Below, one piece after another: positions 26,761-40,670 of a stretch of DNA of 64,000 nucleotides. Source of the DNA: Mobula hypostoma (taxonomy: Eukaryota); contig NC_086108.1 in the NCBI RefSeq assembly GCF_963921235.1, positions 47,432,001-47,496,000 on the forward strand, given 5' to 3'. The position numbers and the translations under genes were made by a program. How positions within the stretch are numbered: position 1 is the stretch's first letter; every line of letters starts with the position of its first letter. The notes beneath the pieces are model-generated. The model did no database searches. It had not been told where the DNA came from and saw only the letters and a program-made list of their open reading frames with translations.

Positions 26761-28429
26761 ATGAAGGTTTTGCACAGAGAAGATCAGATTCAATTCAATT
26801 TCGAGTTTAATTGACATTTGACCATATACGAATACTCATGAGTAGAGGCAAACGAGACAGCGTTACCACGGGGTCAGTGTGCAAAGAGTCACACACAAGG
26901 TCACAATCACATAATAAGAGTCCCGACACCCTCCCCCTCCCAGGACACCGCAGCTTGATGCCAAGCCCTCACATACAAGTCAGCAAAACTATATAGACTA
27001 TCAGTAAAATACAACAATGCAAAATGTGCGTGTATATAGCACAGCCCACCGATATCGTGTGTCGATCGGCCTCGACACCCACTAGGCGACACCATGGCTT
27101 TGAGGTCCAGACCTTGTATATTCAAGCACATGTAGAATATTAGTGAAAACACAGCCACACAAATATATATGTATATAGTCTATTTGAAATCTGTCACCAC
27201 AACGTCTGCCCCCAGTAGAGTGTGCTGGCTCAGATGCTTCTTCCCCCAGGGGCTGCAAAGCAACTGAGCCCACAGCTTGAGACTCCAAGTCCACTGAGTT
27301 CAGCCAAAAGTAGAAACCGCAACTGGCCACAACAGGGCTTATCCTCAGCAGAGTGAAACCCTGGGAGGGCGGCACCGACTCCCTTCTGGACACCGCGTCA
27401 TGCGCCACACCGCCTCTGGTGAAGTGCAATGACTTCGCCCCCTCACTCCGAGTTATGGCTGAGACCAGGCTGCTCCCCCTCCGTCTGCCCCTGCTCTCAT
27501 TCCAGTAAATCTGGATCGAACTAGCAGCGTTCCAGGTTAACAATGTCCAAAAAAATCTCGCAATCACAAGAAAGGCAACCATGGCGGCCACTCGCTACTT
27601 AACCGTGAGCTTCCATCAACTCGGGCAGCAGCACGTTGCTCAGCCCCTTCATTATCTCTGCCAGTGACTAACCTGCTGAAGGTGTAGATCTGCAGTACCT
27701 TGAGCTCTTAACGTATCGCAGGATCTTGTGATCATTTTAGGTACGTTTAAGTGCAATGGTAGCACTTTTGCTGATCCTTGTGGAAGCCGCCGTGACCAGT
27801 CGCGCCGCCATTTTACTGAATCTTTGTAGCGAACAAGGGAGAAGCTATTCACAGAGGGAGCGGTCAAGAATTGGGAATGGGATTAAAGGTGATAGGCAAA
27901 AGGAACTGAGCATGAAGCAAAGAAATTTCTTTTTCCTCATTGTATGCGTATCCAGTGTCTGGAATGCATTTCCTGAGATGAGAGTGAAGGCAGAGTATCT
28001 GGGGGAATGCTGAATCAAAGGAAAGAATTTACAGGGCTACAGGAAGAGTGCTAAAGGGAAAGGACAAGTGAGTGGGATTAGCTGGATTGCATTTGAGTAG
28101 TCTGGTATTGATTTAATGAGTTGAGTGCCCTGATTCTGTTCTGTGATGAATAATTCTATGACATTCTAGCCTACCAACTGATCATGTATCAGTGTTGGCA
28201 CTCACATTACAAAGAAGTACTACAAATGTTAGTTTATAAAGTGATTTTTAAGCAGGAACTCGTGAAGAGGCTTTGAACAAAGGTTTTGGTGTGGAGTTGT
28301 TGTTTGTTATGGCAAATTAACATGGTAGAATTTGAAAATGAACAGACATACTAAAGTTTAACTTTTGTCTGTTATTAATGGTAATGCTTTAATGAAATTA
28401 CAAAATACAAAGCCTTTTCTAGTACCTCA

Positions 28430-30325
28430 AGAATGAGATTAACGAGTCAGAGATGAACCAGGAGGCTCGTGGTCTGCTGAGGGATTCCAAGTCTGGTGTC
28501 CCAGGTCTGTAAGAAGTAAACCAGGTACAACTTGCAAGGGGTTATTTCAAGAAGTAAGGGACAATTCCTCATGAGGTTGGAGGTGAAATTGGATGCATGT
28601 CAACTCTCGCAGGGTTGGCGGGCTGTTACTTCCTACAAAGCGAAACTTAACACCATGAATGGTGATGATGCTTCACTCCCAGATGAACTCAACACCTTTT
28701 ATGCTCGCTTTGAAAGGAAGAATTAAGCTACAGCTATGTGGGTCCCTCAGCACCTGGTGACCCTGTGATCTCTGTACCAGAGGCCGACATCAGGCTGTCT
28801 TTCAAAAGGGTGAATCCTCACAAGGCAACAGACTCCGATGGATTACCCGGTAGGGCTCTGAAAAGTTGTGCTGAACAGCTGGCAGGGGTGTTCAAGTACA
28901 CTTACAATCTCTCTTTGCTACAGTCCGAAGTTCCCACATGCTTCAAAAGGGCAACAATTATACCAGTACCCAAGAAGAGTGAGCTGCCTTAATGACTGTT
29001 GTCCAGTAGCAATTACATCTACAGTGATGATGTGCTTTGAGAGTTTGGTTACGGCTGGAATCAACTCCTGTCTCAGTAACGACCTGGTCACTCTGCAATT
29101 TGCCTATCGCCACAATAGGTCTACGGCATACGCGATCTCATTGGCTCTTCACATGGCCTTGGATCACCCTGGACAATACAAATCTCTAGGTCAGGATGCT
29201 AGGTAACTCCATAGTTCCTACAGTTCTGATCAAAAAGCTCCAGAACCTGGATCTCTGTACCTCCCTCTGCAATTGGACCCTTGGCTTCCTAACCGGAAGA
29301 CCACAATCTGTACAGATCGGAAGTGACATCTCCACCTCGCTAACAGTCAACACCGTCCACCTCAGGGATGTGGGCTTAGCCCACTGCTCTACTCTCTCTA
29401 CTCCTGTGACTGTGTGGCTAGGCACTGCTCAGATGCCATCTATAAATTTGCTGACAACATAACCTTTGTAGGCAGAACTTCAGATGGTGATGAGAGGGCA
29501 TACAGGAATGAGATGTATCAGCTAGTTGAGTGGGGTAACAGCAACAACCTTACACTGAACGTCAGTAAGACCAAAGAGCAGATTGCGGACTTCAGAACGG
29601 GTAAGACTAGGGAACACACCAGTCCTCATTGAGGGATCCAAAGTGGAAAGAGTGAGCAATTTCAAATTACTAGGCATCAGTATCTCTGAGGATCTAATCT
29701 GAATCCAACATATCGATGCAGCTACAAAGAAGGCACGAGAGCGGCTGTATTTCTTTAGGAGTTTGAGAAGATTTGCTTTCTCCAAAAACACATGGAAATT
29801 TCTACAATTGTACCGTGGAGACCATTCTAACTGGTTGCTTCACCTTCTCGTATGGGGGAGCTACTGCACAGGATCAAAGTAAGCTGCAAAGAGTTGTAAA
29901 CTTAGTCAGCTCCATCATAAGCACTAGCCTCACTAGTATCCAGGACTTCTTCAAGGAGCGATGCCTCAAAAACTGGGCATTCATCATCGAGGACCCCCAT
30001 CACCCAGGTCATGCCCTGTTCTCATTGCTACCGTCAGGAGGGAGGTACAGGAGCCTGAAGGCACACACTCAGTGATTCAGGAACAGCTTCTTCCCCTCTC
30101 CCATCCGATTTCTGAATGGACTTTTGAACCCATGAACACTACCTCACTTTTTATTTCTATTTTTGCACCACTAATTTAACTTAACTATTTAGTATACATA
30201 TATATGTGTGTGGGTATATCATATGTGTATTTTTTTTTACTGTAATTCAGCCTTTTTTCTCTTATTGCAATGTACTGCTACCACAAAGCCAACGAGTTTC
30301 ATGATATATGCCAGTGATATTAAAC
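28430..30325 (+). mobile_element. Rex1/Babar-type LINE, 5'-truncated, frameshifted RT
   Basis: Consecutive fragments [82 protein letters not shown]. Confidence 0.9.
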
Positions 30326-31944
30326 CTCATTTTGATCTTCGGAGGAAGTGTTGCTGAAGAGTTCAGGAGTGTCAGTGAAGCAGGGAAAGAAGACCAAATT
30401 GATACATGTTATGAAAAATAGTGATGAGGCTTTTTTTCCCTCAGACTGGCAAAGCTCAGAACTCATAGAAAATGAACATGGTAATTTATGAAAAAGAACT
30501 ATGTTGGATTTGATTTTTTTCAAAATATTTTTGAAATGTTACTTTTTGTTGCATGTGTCATTCACACACCAATGTCTTCTGACAAATGAGTCTCGTTTGA
30601 AGCTTCGGTCATTCTTATGTTTGTTAATCAAATAATTCTATTTCTATGCTATGTTTTAACTTTCTTTCATCAAGCTTAGTCAATATCATTGTGTTTCTTG
30701 ACTTTATTTGCCCTGAAGTAATAATAAGTTGCCTGGTTAAGAGCAGATTACATCAAGGTATTAATCTGTAACAGACAGAAGATTAAAACTCTGAAGAGAC
30801 ATATTGATTGCAAATAAATAAAACAGGCAATTTAGAAATGTGTATTTATTATGTCCTTGACTGAGTCAGATCTTTATGCCTCGACTCCTACAGAAAGCTA
30901 TCAAATATAAATAATAAGGATGAAAGCTGTTTTAGGAGCAGCAGCACCAGACTGTGGCTTGTAAGACTGGATAAGTTGCAACATTGCATATTGAACACAA
31001 AAGAAGTAGAAGGTTATGGATACCCAAGTGATCATGCAACCAATATATCTGAAAAAAATCTGTCATCCAGTATGTTCAGCCAAGAATAGCAGTGGATATC
31101 CAGGCAAAATAAGGAATACAATCTCAAGCAGCAAGGTGCCACATTGGCACATGTAGGAAATTATTCTGAAGTGAGTGTGTGTCCTCAGCCAAAAGTGCTG
31201 AGTGGGGTGTCCTTCTTGGCCCTTTCCCAAGGTTTTTGTGGCCTGGATGTCATTGATTGGTTAATCCATTTTCTACATTAAAAGGGCAAATGTGTTAGGT
31301 ACTCTGAAATCAAATGAAAACGTGAGATTTGAAGATCGTTGTGTCTCTGATCTGGTAGTCAGATGATGTAAAAAAAATTACATCCTTATGTTCGAGCCAG
31401 ATATATTTAAAATTAGCATAAATCTAACCTGACCAAGTATTACCATGTCACATTCTTAGTAAAATGGCCTGTGTCTTCATCATACTGTAGCTGATTACCA
31501 GAACTTTGCATACCTAAACTCATTCATTGGATGTAATAGCTAGGTTTAGTGTCATATGACTCTCAGAAGCTGGATGGAGTTAATGTTTGGTTAGCTTGTT
31601 GCTACGCGAACCATGCTACATGTGCTAGCATTTAGAAGGTGGAAATTTCTGGTCATCAGTTACTTGACATCAGAGATAGTTTAGAGGCATTGGAGTTTTG
31701 AAATAAATAGGAGAAATTAAATACTACATCTGGGGACAGGTTCTGTGTTTCAGATGACACCACTGCAGATGAGAGAATAAGTAGGGGGAGAAAACAGATC
31801 TTTGGAAGATGTCATAATTAAGGATAGATGAAAAACTATTGATGGTGATTGTTTTGATTTTTGCTCTTTTGTACAAGAACATTTGAATTCAAGAGTAAAG
31901 ACATATTACTGTAATTATAAAGAATGCTAGTGGCACTGCACCTA

Positions 31945-32350
31945 CGGCCCATAATGCTGCTGGCATTTAGGGCAGCAATAGTCCTCCACCTTTGGCAGTG
32001 TTCAGGGCTTCCTTCATTGTGTCAGTAGCTCGGTCTTCACCACTGTCAGTGATTCAAGATCCAGGTGGAGACTCGGGAACAGCATCACACTCAAATGTAG
32101 AAGGTTTCTCCGTTACTGTTTCCGTAACAATTTTGTTTCACCATTCAGGGTTGTTAGCCTTGAGTTGAACCCCTGAACCTGGAGGATTGGTGGACCCACT
32201 GTTAGTCTGGCCTCTACCCTTTGACCTGTTTGGCATCAGTGACCTCACCAAGAGCAAAAGCACAATGTCCTGACTCCAGCCAACATAGTTCTCTGGGTCA
32301 CTGAGGCACACAAGCCTCTAAACCACAACAAGACTGTGGTCCTCTTGAAA
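31945..32350 (-). mobile_element. RTE-related short element nested in an old CR1 fragment
   Basis: Interrupts CR1-like sequence (31880-31944 resuming at ~32352). Degenerate TSD ACTGCACCT/ACTATACCT. RTE assignment is from recalled motifs only. Confidence 0.45.
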
Positions 32351-32774
32351 GACTATACCTGGAATATTGCATACAGATCTGGTCTCCCAACATTGGATAG
32401 ACTTGTGGCAGTGAAAATTGGTTAGTTTGTTTCTGGGGTGGCTGCTTTTCTCTATTGAGAAGAGAATAAACAGATTCACCTATTCTCTCTAGAGTTTAGA
32501 GGGACGAGAAATTGCTCAAACATGCAGCTTTCTCAAAGGGCCTTGCAGAGTAGATTTCTGAATAAGGATTTTCCCTATTCAGACCGGAGGTGCAGAAGAA
32601 TTTCTTCATCCAGACGGTAGTGAACTTGAGGTCTCCATTCAAGAAAAAAATGGAAGCTCAGCTGTTGAATATGTTCAAGGTGAAGATTAATAAAATAAAG
32701 GGCTATGAAATTAGTGCAAGAAAGTGTAGCTGAGTTTAAGAAAAATGATCAGTCATGAACCTTTTGAATCATAG

Positions 32775-33800
32775 ATGGATAGATTAGATGCTTTATTGAT
32801 CCCAAAAGAAATTACAATGCCACAGTAGCATTACAAGTGCACAGATATAAATATTAGAAGAGAAGCAGAAAGGATAAAAAAAAAGTTACCACAAACAGTC
32901 TAACAGGAGGAGGTTATCACTTCCCCGGCTATAGGTTGACTCAATATAGGGCCTAATGGTCGAAGGTAAGAATGACCTTGTATAGCGCTCTTTGGAGCAG
33001 CACAGTTGTCTTAGTCTATTACTAAAAGTACTCCTCTGTTCAACCAAAGTGGCATGCAGAGGATGAGAAACATTGTCCAGAATTGCCAGGATTTTCCGTA
33101 GGGTCCTTTGTTCTACCACAGCCTCCAGTGTGTCCAGTTTGACTCCAGTAACAAAGCCAGCTTTTCTAATCTTATTGAGCCTGGTGCCATTGTGTTAATG
33201 CCATTGCCCCAGCACACTACTGCATAGAAGATTGTACTGGTGACAACAGACTGGTAGAATATGTGAAGGAGAGGCCTGCATACTCCAAAGGACCTCAGTC
33301 TCCTCAGGAAGTAGAGGCAGCTCTGGCCCTTTGTGTACACAGCCTCTGTGTTGGTGCTCCCCTCAAGTCTGTCATCCAGGTCCACTCCCAGCTACTTGTA
33401 GGTCCTCACCATCAGTAGTAGCAGGGAGCAATGCAGGCTTAGTCTTCCTGAAGTCCATCACCATCTCCTTTGTCTTACTACTGTTGAGCTGTAGGTGATT
33501 CATCTTACACCATTTGATAAAGTCGTCCATCAGGGTCCTGTATTCATCCTCCTGTCCTCCCTTGATACACCCAACTATTGTTGAATCATCAGAGAATTTC
33601 TGCAGATGACATGACTCAGTGTTGTATCTAAAGTCCGAGGTATACAGGGCAAACAGGAAGGGAGTCCCCTGTGGGGACCCAGTGCTGCTTATAGCCATGT
33701 CTGACACACAGCTCTGAAGCCGCACATACTGTGGTCTGCCAGTCAGGTAGTCCATTATCCAGGATACAATGGAAGTGCCAGTCTGCACAGCCTTCATTGC
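32775..33800 (-). mobile_element. Rex1/Babar-type LINE 3' part
   Basis: WIMDYLTGRPQYVRL...QKFSDDSTIVGCI...LQLNSSKTKEMVMDFRK; LYFLRRLRSFGV; TCTA-type tail. Confidence 0.85.
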
Positions 33801-34723
33801 GTTTTCCCCCAGCAATGAAGGCTGTATGGTATGATGGAGCAGATATGAGGCCCAATGGCTTCCCTTTCCCCTTATTGATATGTGTGTGAATGGAAAGGCT
33901 ACTGTAATCACAGAAACTTTTTGGTTCTTTTAAAAAAAAGGAAAATTCTTGGGGGATAAAAAAAGGAAAATTGTTTTGTTGACATTTATCAATGAACAAA
34001 TATTTGTTCTGTCTGAATAAAGTTGAGATTTCACAATGTGTATGTTATGGCACTTTTCTTAATTTAGCTCTTTTGGTTTGTTCCATTGCAAATACATGAT
34101 GTAAATCTAAATATTTGTGAATAATTGTCCAAGGGCAGCTAAATTTTCACAAATCCCAAGAAGAGAAACTTCTGCAACTTGGGAAGGTGATGAGGTGCAT
34201 TTGTTTTGTAATAAAGTAATCCTTTAATCATGAGGATATTTGGCTTTGAGAGTGGATGCACTTAGTAAAACATCCTTAATTAATCTTGTGGGGAAACTGG
34301 ACATAATCTGTGGGGTTGTGGTTACAGAAAATGGAGACTTCATCTGTTTGTATGTTAGTATAGTTGGATAGGCACAAGAGACTACCATGAATGTGGCTTG
34401 ATACCTGTGAGGAAAATGATGGTTTACCAATTTGTTCTCATTTAGTTCAGTGTAGTCCATAAAACAACAATAACTGTTTTGTTGATTTAAGTGTTGCAAG
34501 TAGTCCTCTGCAGCCCAACTCACCTTTGCTGACCCAAAGCACCTTCTTGAGCGAATGCCATTTCCTACATTTGGCCCACATCCTTTCTCGCCCACAAACC
34601 AGTCAAATGTATTTTTAACATTATTGCACCCACCTGTACCACTTCCACTTCTGCTGGCAGGTTGGTCTTTCAGGTCCCCTTTAAATTCTTTTTCTCTTCA
34701 CCTTAAACCTACAGCCTCTAGCC

Positions 34724-35213
34724 TTGCACACAAAACATTGGGGAAACTCATCAAGTCAGGCAGCATTTATGGAGGGAATAATTTCTTCGTCCTCCCCTGT
34801 TTTCCATTCTCAGTTCTGGTTCCTCCTCTTCTGACCTCCCCTTCCCTTCCTTTCTGGAGGCCCTCCTCCTTCTCTTTCGACCACTGTGCTCTCCTATCAG
34901 ATTCCTCCTCCTTCAACCCTTTAGTTCTTCCTCCTATCATCACCCAGCTTCTTATTTCATTCCCTCTCCTCCACCCACCCACCTTTTTCCTCACTTGGTC
35001 TCACCTATCAGCTGCTGTCATGTACTGCTTCCCCTACACCCACCTTCTTATTCTGGCTTCTGTCCACTTCCTTTTCAGTCCTGACGAAGGGATTTGGCTC
35101 GTAATGTTGACTGTTTATTTCCCTCTATAAATGCTACCTGACTTGCTGAGTACCTCCAGCATTTAGTATTTGTTGCTCAAGACTTCTAGTGTTTGCAGAA
35201 TCTCTTCTCTTTA
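34724..35213. mobile_element. Old Penelope-like element with inverted termini, inserted in a minus-strand CR1 (CR1 continues to ~35790)
   Basis: Short minus arm (CACACAAAACATTGGGGAAACTCATCAAGTCAGGCAGCAT) plus a plus arm with degenerate hammerhead at 35076-35113 and tail. Flanking ORF 35340-35603 RPRLEYCVQFW is CR1. Confidence 0.7.
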
Positions 35214-36095
35214 TGACCATCTAGTCATGGACTTGCTGGGGAAAAGTCTGGCCACCCACCTTTATAAAATCATGAAGACCATAGATAAGGTCATCCCCTC
35301 AACCTCCTTCACTCTAGGGAGAATGGTGCCACACTCTCCTTATGAATCGAGTCTCTTGTCCAGCAACATCCTTATGAATCTTTTCTGCACCTTCCCTAAC
35401 TTCGTCACATTCTTCCTATAATATGCTAACCAGAACTGCACACAATATTCCAGGCGTGGTCTTGCCAACATCCTGTGCAGATAGAGCATGATGTCCAAAT
35501 GCTTATGCTCAGTGCGTCTGATGATGACAAGTTTACCATATGCTGCCTTCAGCATTTTGTTGCCACAAAAAGAACTATGTACTTGCCCCCATAAGTCTCC
35601 CAAGGCTCTGCTGCTTTCCGTGTAACTCCTGTCCTAGCATAACTTTTTAAAGTGCGTCGCTTTGCACCTGTCTGAGTTAAATTCCATTTGCCATTCCTTT
35701 CCCAGTTGATCAAGATCCAGTGTTCAACTTGGACAACAGTCTTCACTGCCCATGACTCCACCAATTTTAGTATCATCCGCAGATTTGCCAGAAAACACTG
35801 GGGGAAAGCTGATCAGCATCTGTGGAAGGAGAAATGATCAACGTTTCAGGTCCAAGGTCCTTCATCAGATGCTTCATCTGTGCTGAATTGGAAAAGTTAA
35901 CCATTTCTCTTTCTTCAGGCGCTGCCTGATCTTCTGAGTGTTTCCAGCATTTTCTGTTTTTATTTCAGATTTCCAGCATCTGCAGCTTAGTTTTCATTTA
36001 TATTGAAGTGTTCTGTTTGGAGGAGGGGTTTGAGGAACAAAGCACTGATGAGTAAAAATTTCAGTTTTCATGTTATTTAATTGTTTCTTACAGTG

Positions 36096-36182
36096 ATGGC
36101 ACAAATTGTGCAGACCAATGGAACCCAGCCTCTCAGCAAAACATGGGAGCTCAGTTTGTATGAACTACAACGAACACCACAG
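36096..36182 (+). CDS. RNF2: RNF2/RING1B first coding exon (exon starts 36094): [29 protein letters not shown]
   Basis: Near-identical to the recalled human RNF2 N-terminus [29 protein letters not shown]. Acceptor TTTCTTACAG, donor CAG|GTAAT, 87 nt, phase 0. Confidence 0.97.
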
Positions 36183-38503
36183 GTAATATCATATTTACAT
36201 ACATTGTTACGGGATCATTAACTTTGCATTGTAGTTAAAATGCACTGGCCGTTTCGCTAAGAATAATCTTTAGACATTTTTGTTTCTACCTATTCAAGAT
36301 GAGAATTCTGAATCAATGTAAAGTCAATAGCATCTTTGGAAAACTGGCAAAATAAGAGCCACATGCTTAAATTTATGTGGCCTGTGATGTCTGAACGTTT
36401 GTTTTCACTAAACACTGCCCATTCTAAAGCAGCTTTATAAACAATAGCACCAGTTTTGGGAGTTGGGTTGAGCTGACAGAAGTTTAGGGACCTACTGCCC
36501 ATGGTCACTGCTCACCTCCATCTAACCTGCAGAGCACGTTGAGGGACTAATTCACTGGCCTGAAGATTCTGTACTCCATTTTGTAAAGTCTGAGCAGTGA
36601 CAGTATCGCAGTTCATGAAAGCTTTAATAATAAATTCATAATAAATATAAATAATATATATTACACACATTTATTTTTGAAGTAACATGCTTGTGTTTTG
36701 ATCATATTGCATCAACTTTATGTATATATTGTGTTAAAACAATAGGCTCTTGGATCCAAGATGAGACTGAAAGGCGCAAACACCAGTTATCTATGTAGAA
36801 TTACAAAACTACATTTGTAAGTACAGGACAGAGCAAGCATTAAAATACTTAACTGGGTGTGCGCAGGGCCCCTCTCACTAGAGCACAGCTCCCACTCATT
36901 TCGCAGTACTGTTCACAACCAGCCCATCGGCGAAGCCTTGGAAAAACTACCCCCAAGTCCCCTGACCACTCTACTTTCCATTGATACGAAACGCTGCAGT
37001 AAGCTGACTAATACATAACACCATATCAAATCAGTGAATTACGACCAATCATCACTTGTCACCACCCCAGTGTTCAGCTAGTTTCATGTTGTTCCTATGG
37101 TCGTAATCAAATCTCCTGCAGTCAGTCCTGTTACATTCAAGCCCACAGTGCTGGTAGGGCGTTCAATTAGCACAAAAATTAACTCTTTACAATATAGTGT
37201 GGCAAATATTTACAAAAATATCAAATATCATCATTCCTGAAAAAAATAATTTTACTTAAAATAATTGGTGCTTCTCTTCAGAAATAACAACTTCTGATAT
37301 TGGTTCAGGTAAGTTGGAGAAAAATATCTGTTCTAAACTTTTACCACATTTTTCTACATCATTCTGACTTTACCTATTCTCTTCCTCACATTTCTGACTA
37401 ACTGTGGTTGTCTCTTTGTACTTTCTACTCCTCCCCCTTCTGAATCTTTTAGTCTTTATTGTTTCTGCTTTCGTTTTAGTCCATTTCAATTTTTCTTGAT
37501 TTCGTCTTCTCTTTCTCTTCTGCTTCTGCCTTATATTTTTTCCTACTTGTGCTGTGCAAATCAATTTTCCCTGTCTGTAACCTAATTATATTTGTTATCC
37601 TTTCTCTGCCTGCCCTTCTTCAGTTTTCAGTTTTGTTTTAGTCTGTCGTTTTTGTGTTCCTCATCCTCTCTCCTTTCTCTCTGATTGGGGATGGACATGG
37701 AAAGAGAAGCAGCAGCCTGATAGAAAAAAGGTAAGGAATTAATGATCTAAGAGAAGCAGAAACTCGTCCCAGAAGACACAACTGGGTCAAACGCCAGCAG
37801 CAGTGAACTTAATGATAACGAGGAATGCTCCTATCACTAGCGATCTGACAAAAATCTGAATTTAGAGAAAGAATATTCCTGAAAAATCCAGCAGTTTAGT
37901 CAGTGTATGTAGGGAGAGAAACAATTAATAGTTTGGGTTGATGACCTGGCAAAACCTAAATTCATGAAGGCACGGAATGAGTTTTCTCTCATAGAAAAGC
38001 CCTTTGGTTGTAGTGTGGCTCTCACTCGTCTGCCTTTCTGGTTGTTACAATGTACAGATTATCTGCTATTCAGTTTTTCTATTCCATTGTCACATTCGCA
38101 CTTGTATTTTGTAAAACAAAAGCCATTATTGTAGGTTACTAAAGGCAAGCAGAATAATTGGCAGATTATTATTTAAATATTAAAGCTACTGCAAATAATC
38201 GTCTTTTTTCATTTATATTGAATATATTATCCACAAATACTACTTGCAGTGAGATGATGGATCAATCACAGACACTATGAAAGGGGCTACACTCCAGATG
38301 TGCGAGTAGAAAATGAAGCTAGTATTCTGAAGCTAGACAGGTTAAATACCCACAAAATTCCTGGAATTGGGTTGATGGAATGTAATCCAGTTAATTAAAT
38401 GAATGTATTTATGATGTTTTGGCTGATATGTTTGTAAATTCTACAATTGTAAGGACACAACTTAAGCAGTGGTGGATGGTACAAACATTGCTAATGTTTA
38501 GTG

Positions 38504-38696
38504 ACACACATCAAAGTTGCTGGTGAACGCAGCAGGCCAGGCAGCATCTCTAGGAAGAGGTACAGTCGACGTTTCAGGCCGAGACCCTTCGTCAGGACCT
38601 GTACCTCTTCCTAGAGATGCTGCCTGGCCTGCTGCGTTCACCAGCAACTTTGATGTGTGTTGCTTGAATTTCCAGCATCTGCAGAATTCCTCTTGT
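38504..38696. mobile_element. 193-bp Penelope-derived fold-back mini-element with TSD
   Basis: Perfect 62-bp inverted arms (38504-38565 / 38599-38660), 33-nt loop, 36-nt tail. TSD TAATGTTTAGTG at 38492-38503 and 38697-38708. Confidence 0.92.
38564..38599 (-). ncRNA. Minimal type I hammerhead ribozyme motif
   Basis: Minus strand reads GTC-CTGACGA-AGGGTCTCGGCCT-GAAAC-GTC-GAC: intact core, GUC triplet, palindromic ACGU in place of stem III. Confidence 0.72.
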
Positions 38697-38985
38697 TAAT
38701 GTTTAGTGATGTTTAAAGTGAACCTGAATAATTACACACTAAATAACATGGCAATCCTTGTGAAATAAAAATGTCACCACTTTCTAAGAGTAATGTAAAT
38801 AACATTTGTATTATGGGAATAGTTGGTATGATTTTAGAATGACTGGGCTTTGCCATAATCTTATGGATACTCTTTGAAAGGATGATAGATGAAGTAATTC
38901 AGGTATTGTAATTCAAGTATTGCAATGGATTTGAAGATCATGAATCATTAAATATATATATTTTTTAAACCTGGCCTTGTTTTAT

Positions 38986-39560
38986 TGTGAACAAAGTCAC
39001 TGAAGCTAGTGGATACAAAAGTGTTTTATTCAACAAAATGAGACGCTCTTGGAGGAAGAGGCCTTTTCGACACACCGTTACATGACATTTTATATGCTGA
39101 AGTTCAAAGGTAGCAGGACAATGCTATAGTCAGAATGTATCTACAATCTTCCTTTTGAATTACATATAATTCTTCTTTGCACACACACTCCAGACACGCA
39201 AAATGAATGTTAATCAACATTATCTGGTTTTAAATCAACAGGCATCTACAGCTCCAGAAAATTACTGTCCAGGGCTGCATTTTAAATTTAATCTACAATC
39301 CACATTCAGGTCTATAGATTGGTTGCTGAAGTTAAGATTTGCTATATATCCTAACTCCAGAATACGCCCTGATATTGTAACGGAAGAAGCATGGTGGTTG
39401 TCACGAATGACCGAGTCTGTTCTGGATGTTCTTGCAGGTTCAACATCCAGACTCTCCTTTTGTCTCCTTCAACTAGAATTCATCTTTATTGCTCAATAGT
39501 CTTTTGATAGTGTGACCCATAGCTGTGCATGTAACAATATTATTTCTTCCAAAAAGTAAC
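38986..39560 (-). mobile_element. Possible solo LTR remnant
   Basis: Minus strand shows TATAAAA (~39090), AATAAA (~39025) and a terminal ...TTCACA at 38986. The other end and a TSD were not found. Confidence 0.2.
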
Positions 39561-40339
39561 AATGTTATTTCTTCACTTCCATTTGTGCTTCTCCCATATC
39601 TGAAATTGGAAGAAGAAACAGTTTTGTTATCATATGTAAAGCAGACAGCTAAATGGGATCAAAGAGAAAATTCAATTCTTGTATAGTGCACTAAGGAACT
39701 GATTTTTTAATATTGATGATATGCACATATACAGTGCATTCTAACCCATTTCAAAATGTTTTATATAGCATAGAAAGAAACACAGCATTTACATTTTCTG
39801 TCTCCATGGCAAATTACACTTTTTAAGAGGAGCAATTTTTCAGAGCCTTGTCAGTTCAAAACCTAAGGGGAGCTTTCTACCCACTGTTCGATTTAACAGA
39901 TCTGACTTACTGTATTTACAGACTATGTTTTTCTTAGCTAATTAGGTAGTTAAAGTTATCCTCATTTATTATTTTGTAGATGCTGTCAGAAAAGGATTTT
40001 GGAATATATATTCAGTCTAATTGCAGTTATCAGTCAAATAAACTTTGGCCTGGAATTGCATTCAGAAGAGCGAGGTAAATTGCTGTTGTATCTGTGGTGA
40101 CCAGTTGCTGGCATACTGGTTTGGTCACTCATTCTGAATTGGTTAAGAGCCAAATCACACAGCAACAGGGAAGTGTGACAAGATCCATAGGAGGGTCACT
40201 GATTAAATTTGACGGGAGAGAATAACATTTAGTAGAACTACAAACAACAGGAATTCTGCAGATGCTGGAAATTCAAGCAACACACATCAAAGTTGCTGGT
40301 GAACGCAGCAGGCCAGGCAGCATCTCTAGGAAGAGGTGC

Positions 40340-40375
40340 AGTCGACGTTTCAGGCCGAGACCCTTCATCAGGACT
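40340..40375 (-). ncRNA. Minimal type I hammerhead ribozyme motif in Penelope terminus
   Basis: AGTC-CTGATGA-AGGGTCTCGGCCT-GAAAC-GTC-GACT; stem I AGUC/GACU. Confidence 0.75.
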
Positions 40376-40670
40376 AACTGAAGGAAGAGTGAGTAAGGGA
40401 TTTGAAAGTTGGAGGGGGAGGGGGAGATCCAAAATGATAGGAGAAGGCAGGAGGGGGAGGGATAGAGCCAAGAGCTGGACAGGTGATAGGCAAAAGGGGA
40501 TACGAGAGGATCATGGGACAGGAGGTCTGGGAAGAAAGACGAGGTGGTGGGGATCCCAGAGGATAGGCAAGAGGTATATTCAGAGGGACAGAGGGAGAAA
40601 AAGGAGAGTGAGAGAAAGAATGTGTTCATAAAAATAAGTAACAGAAGGGGTACGAGGGGGAGGTGGGGCC

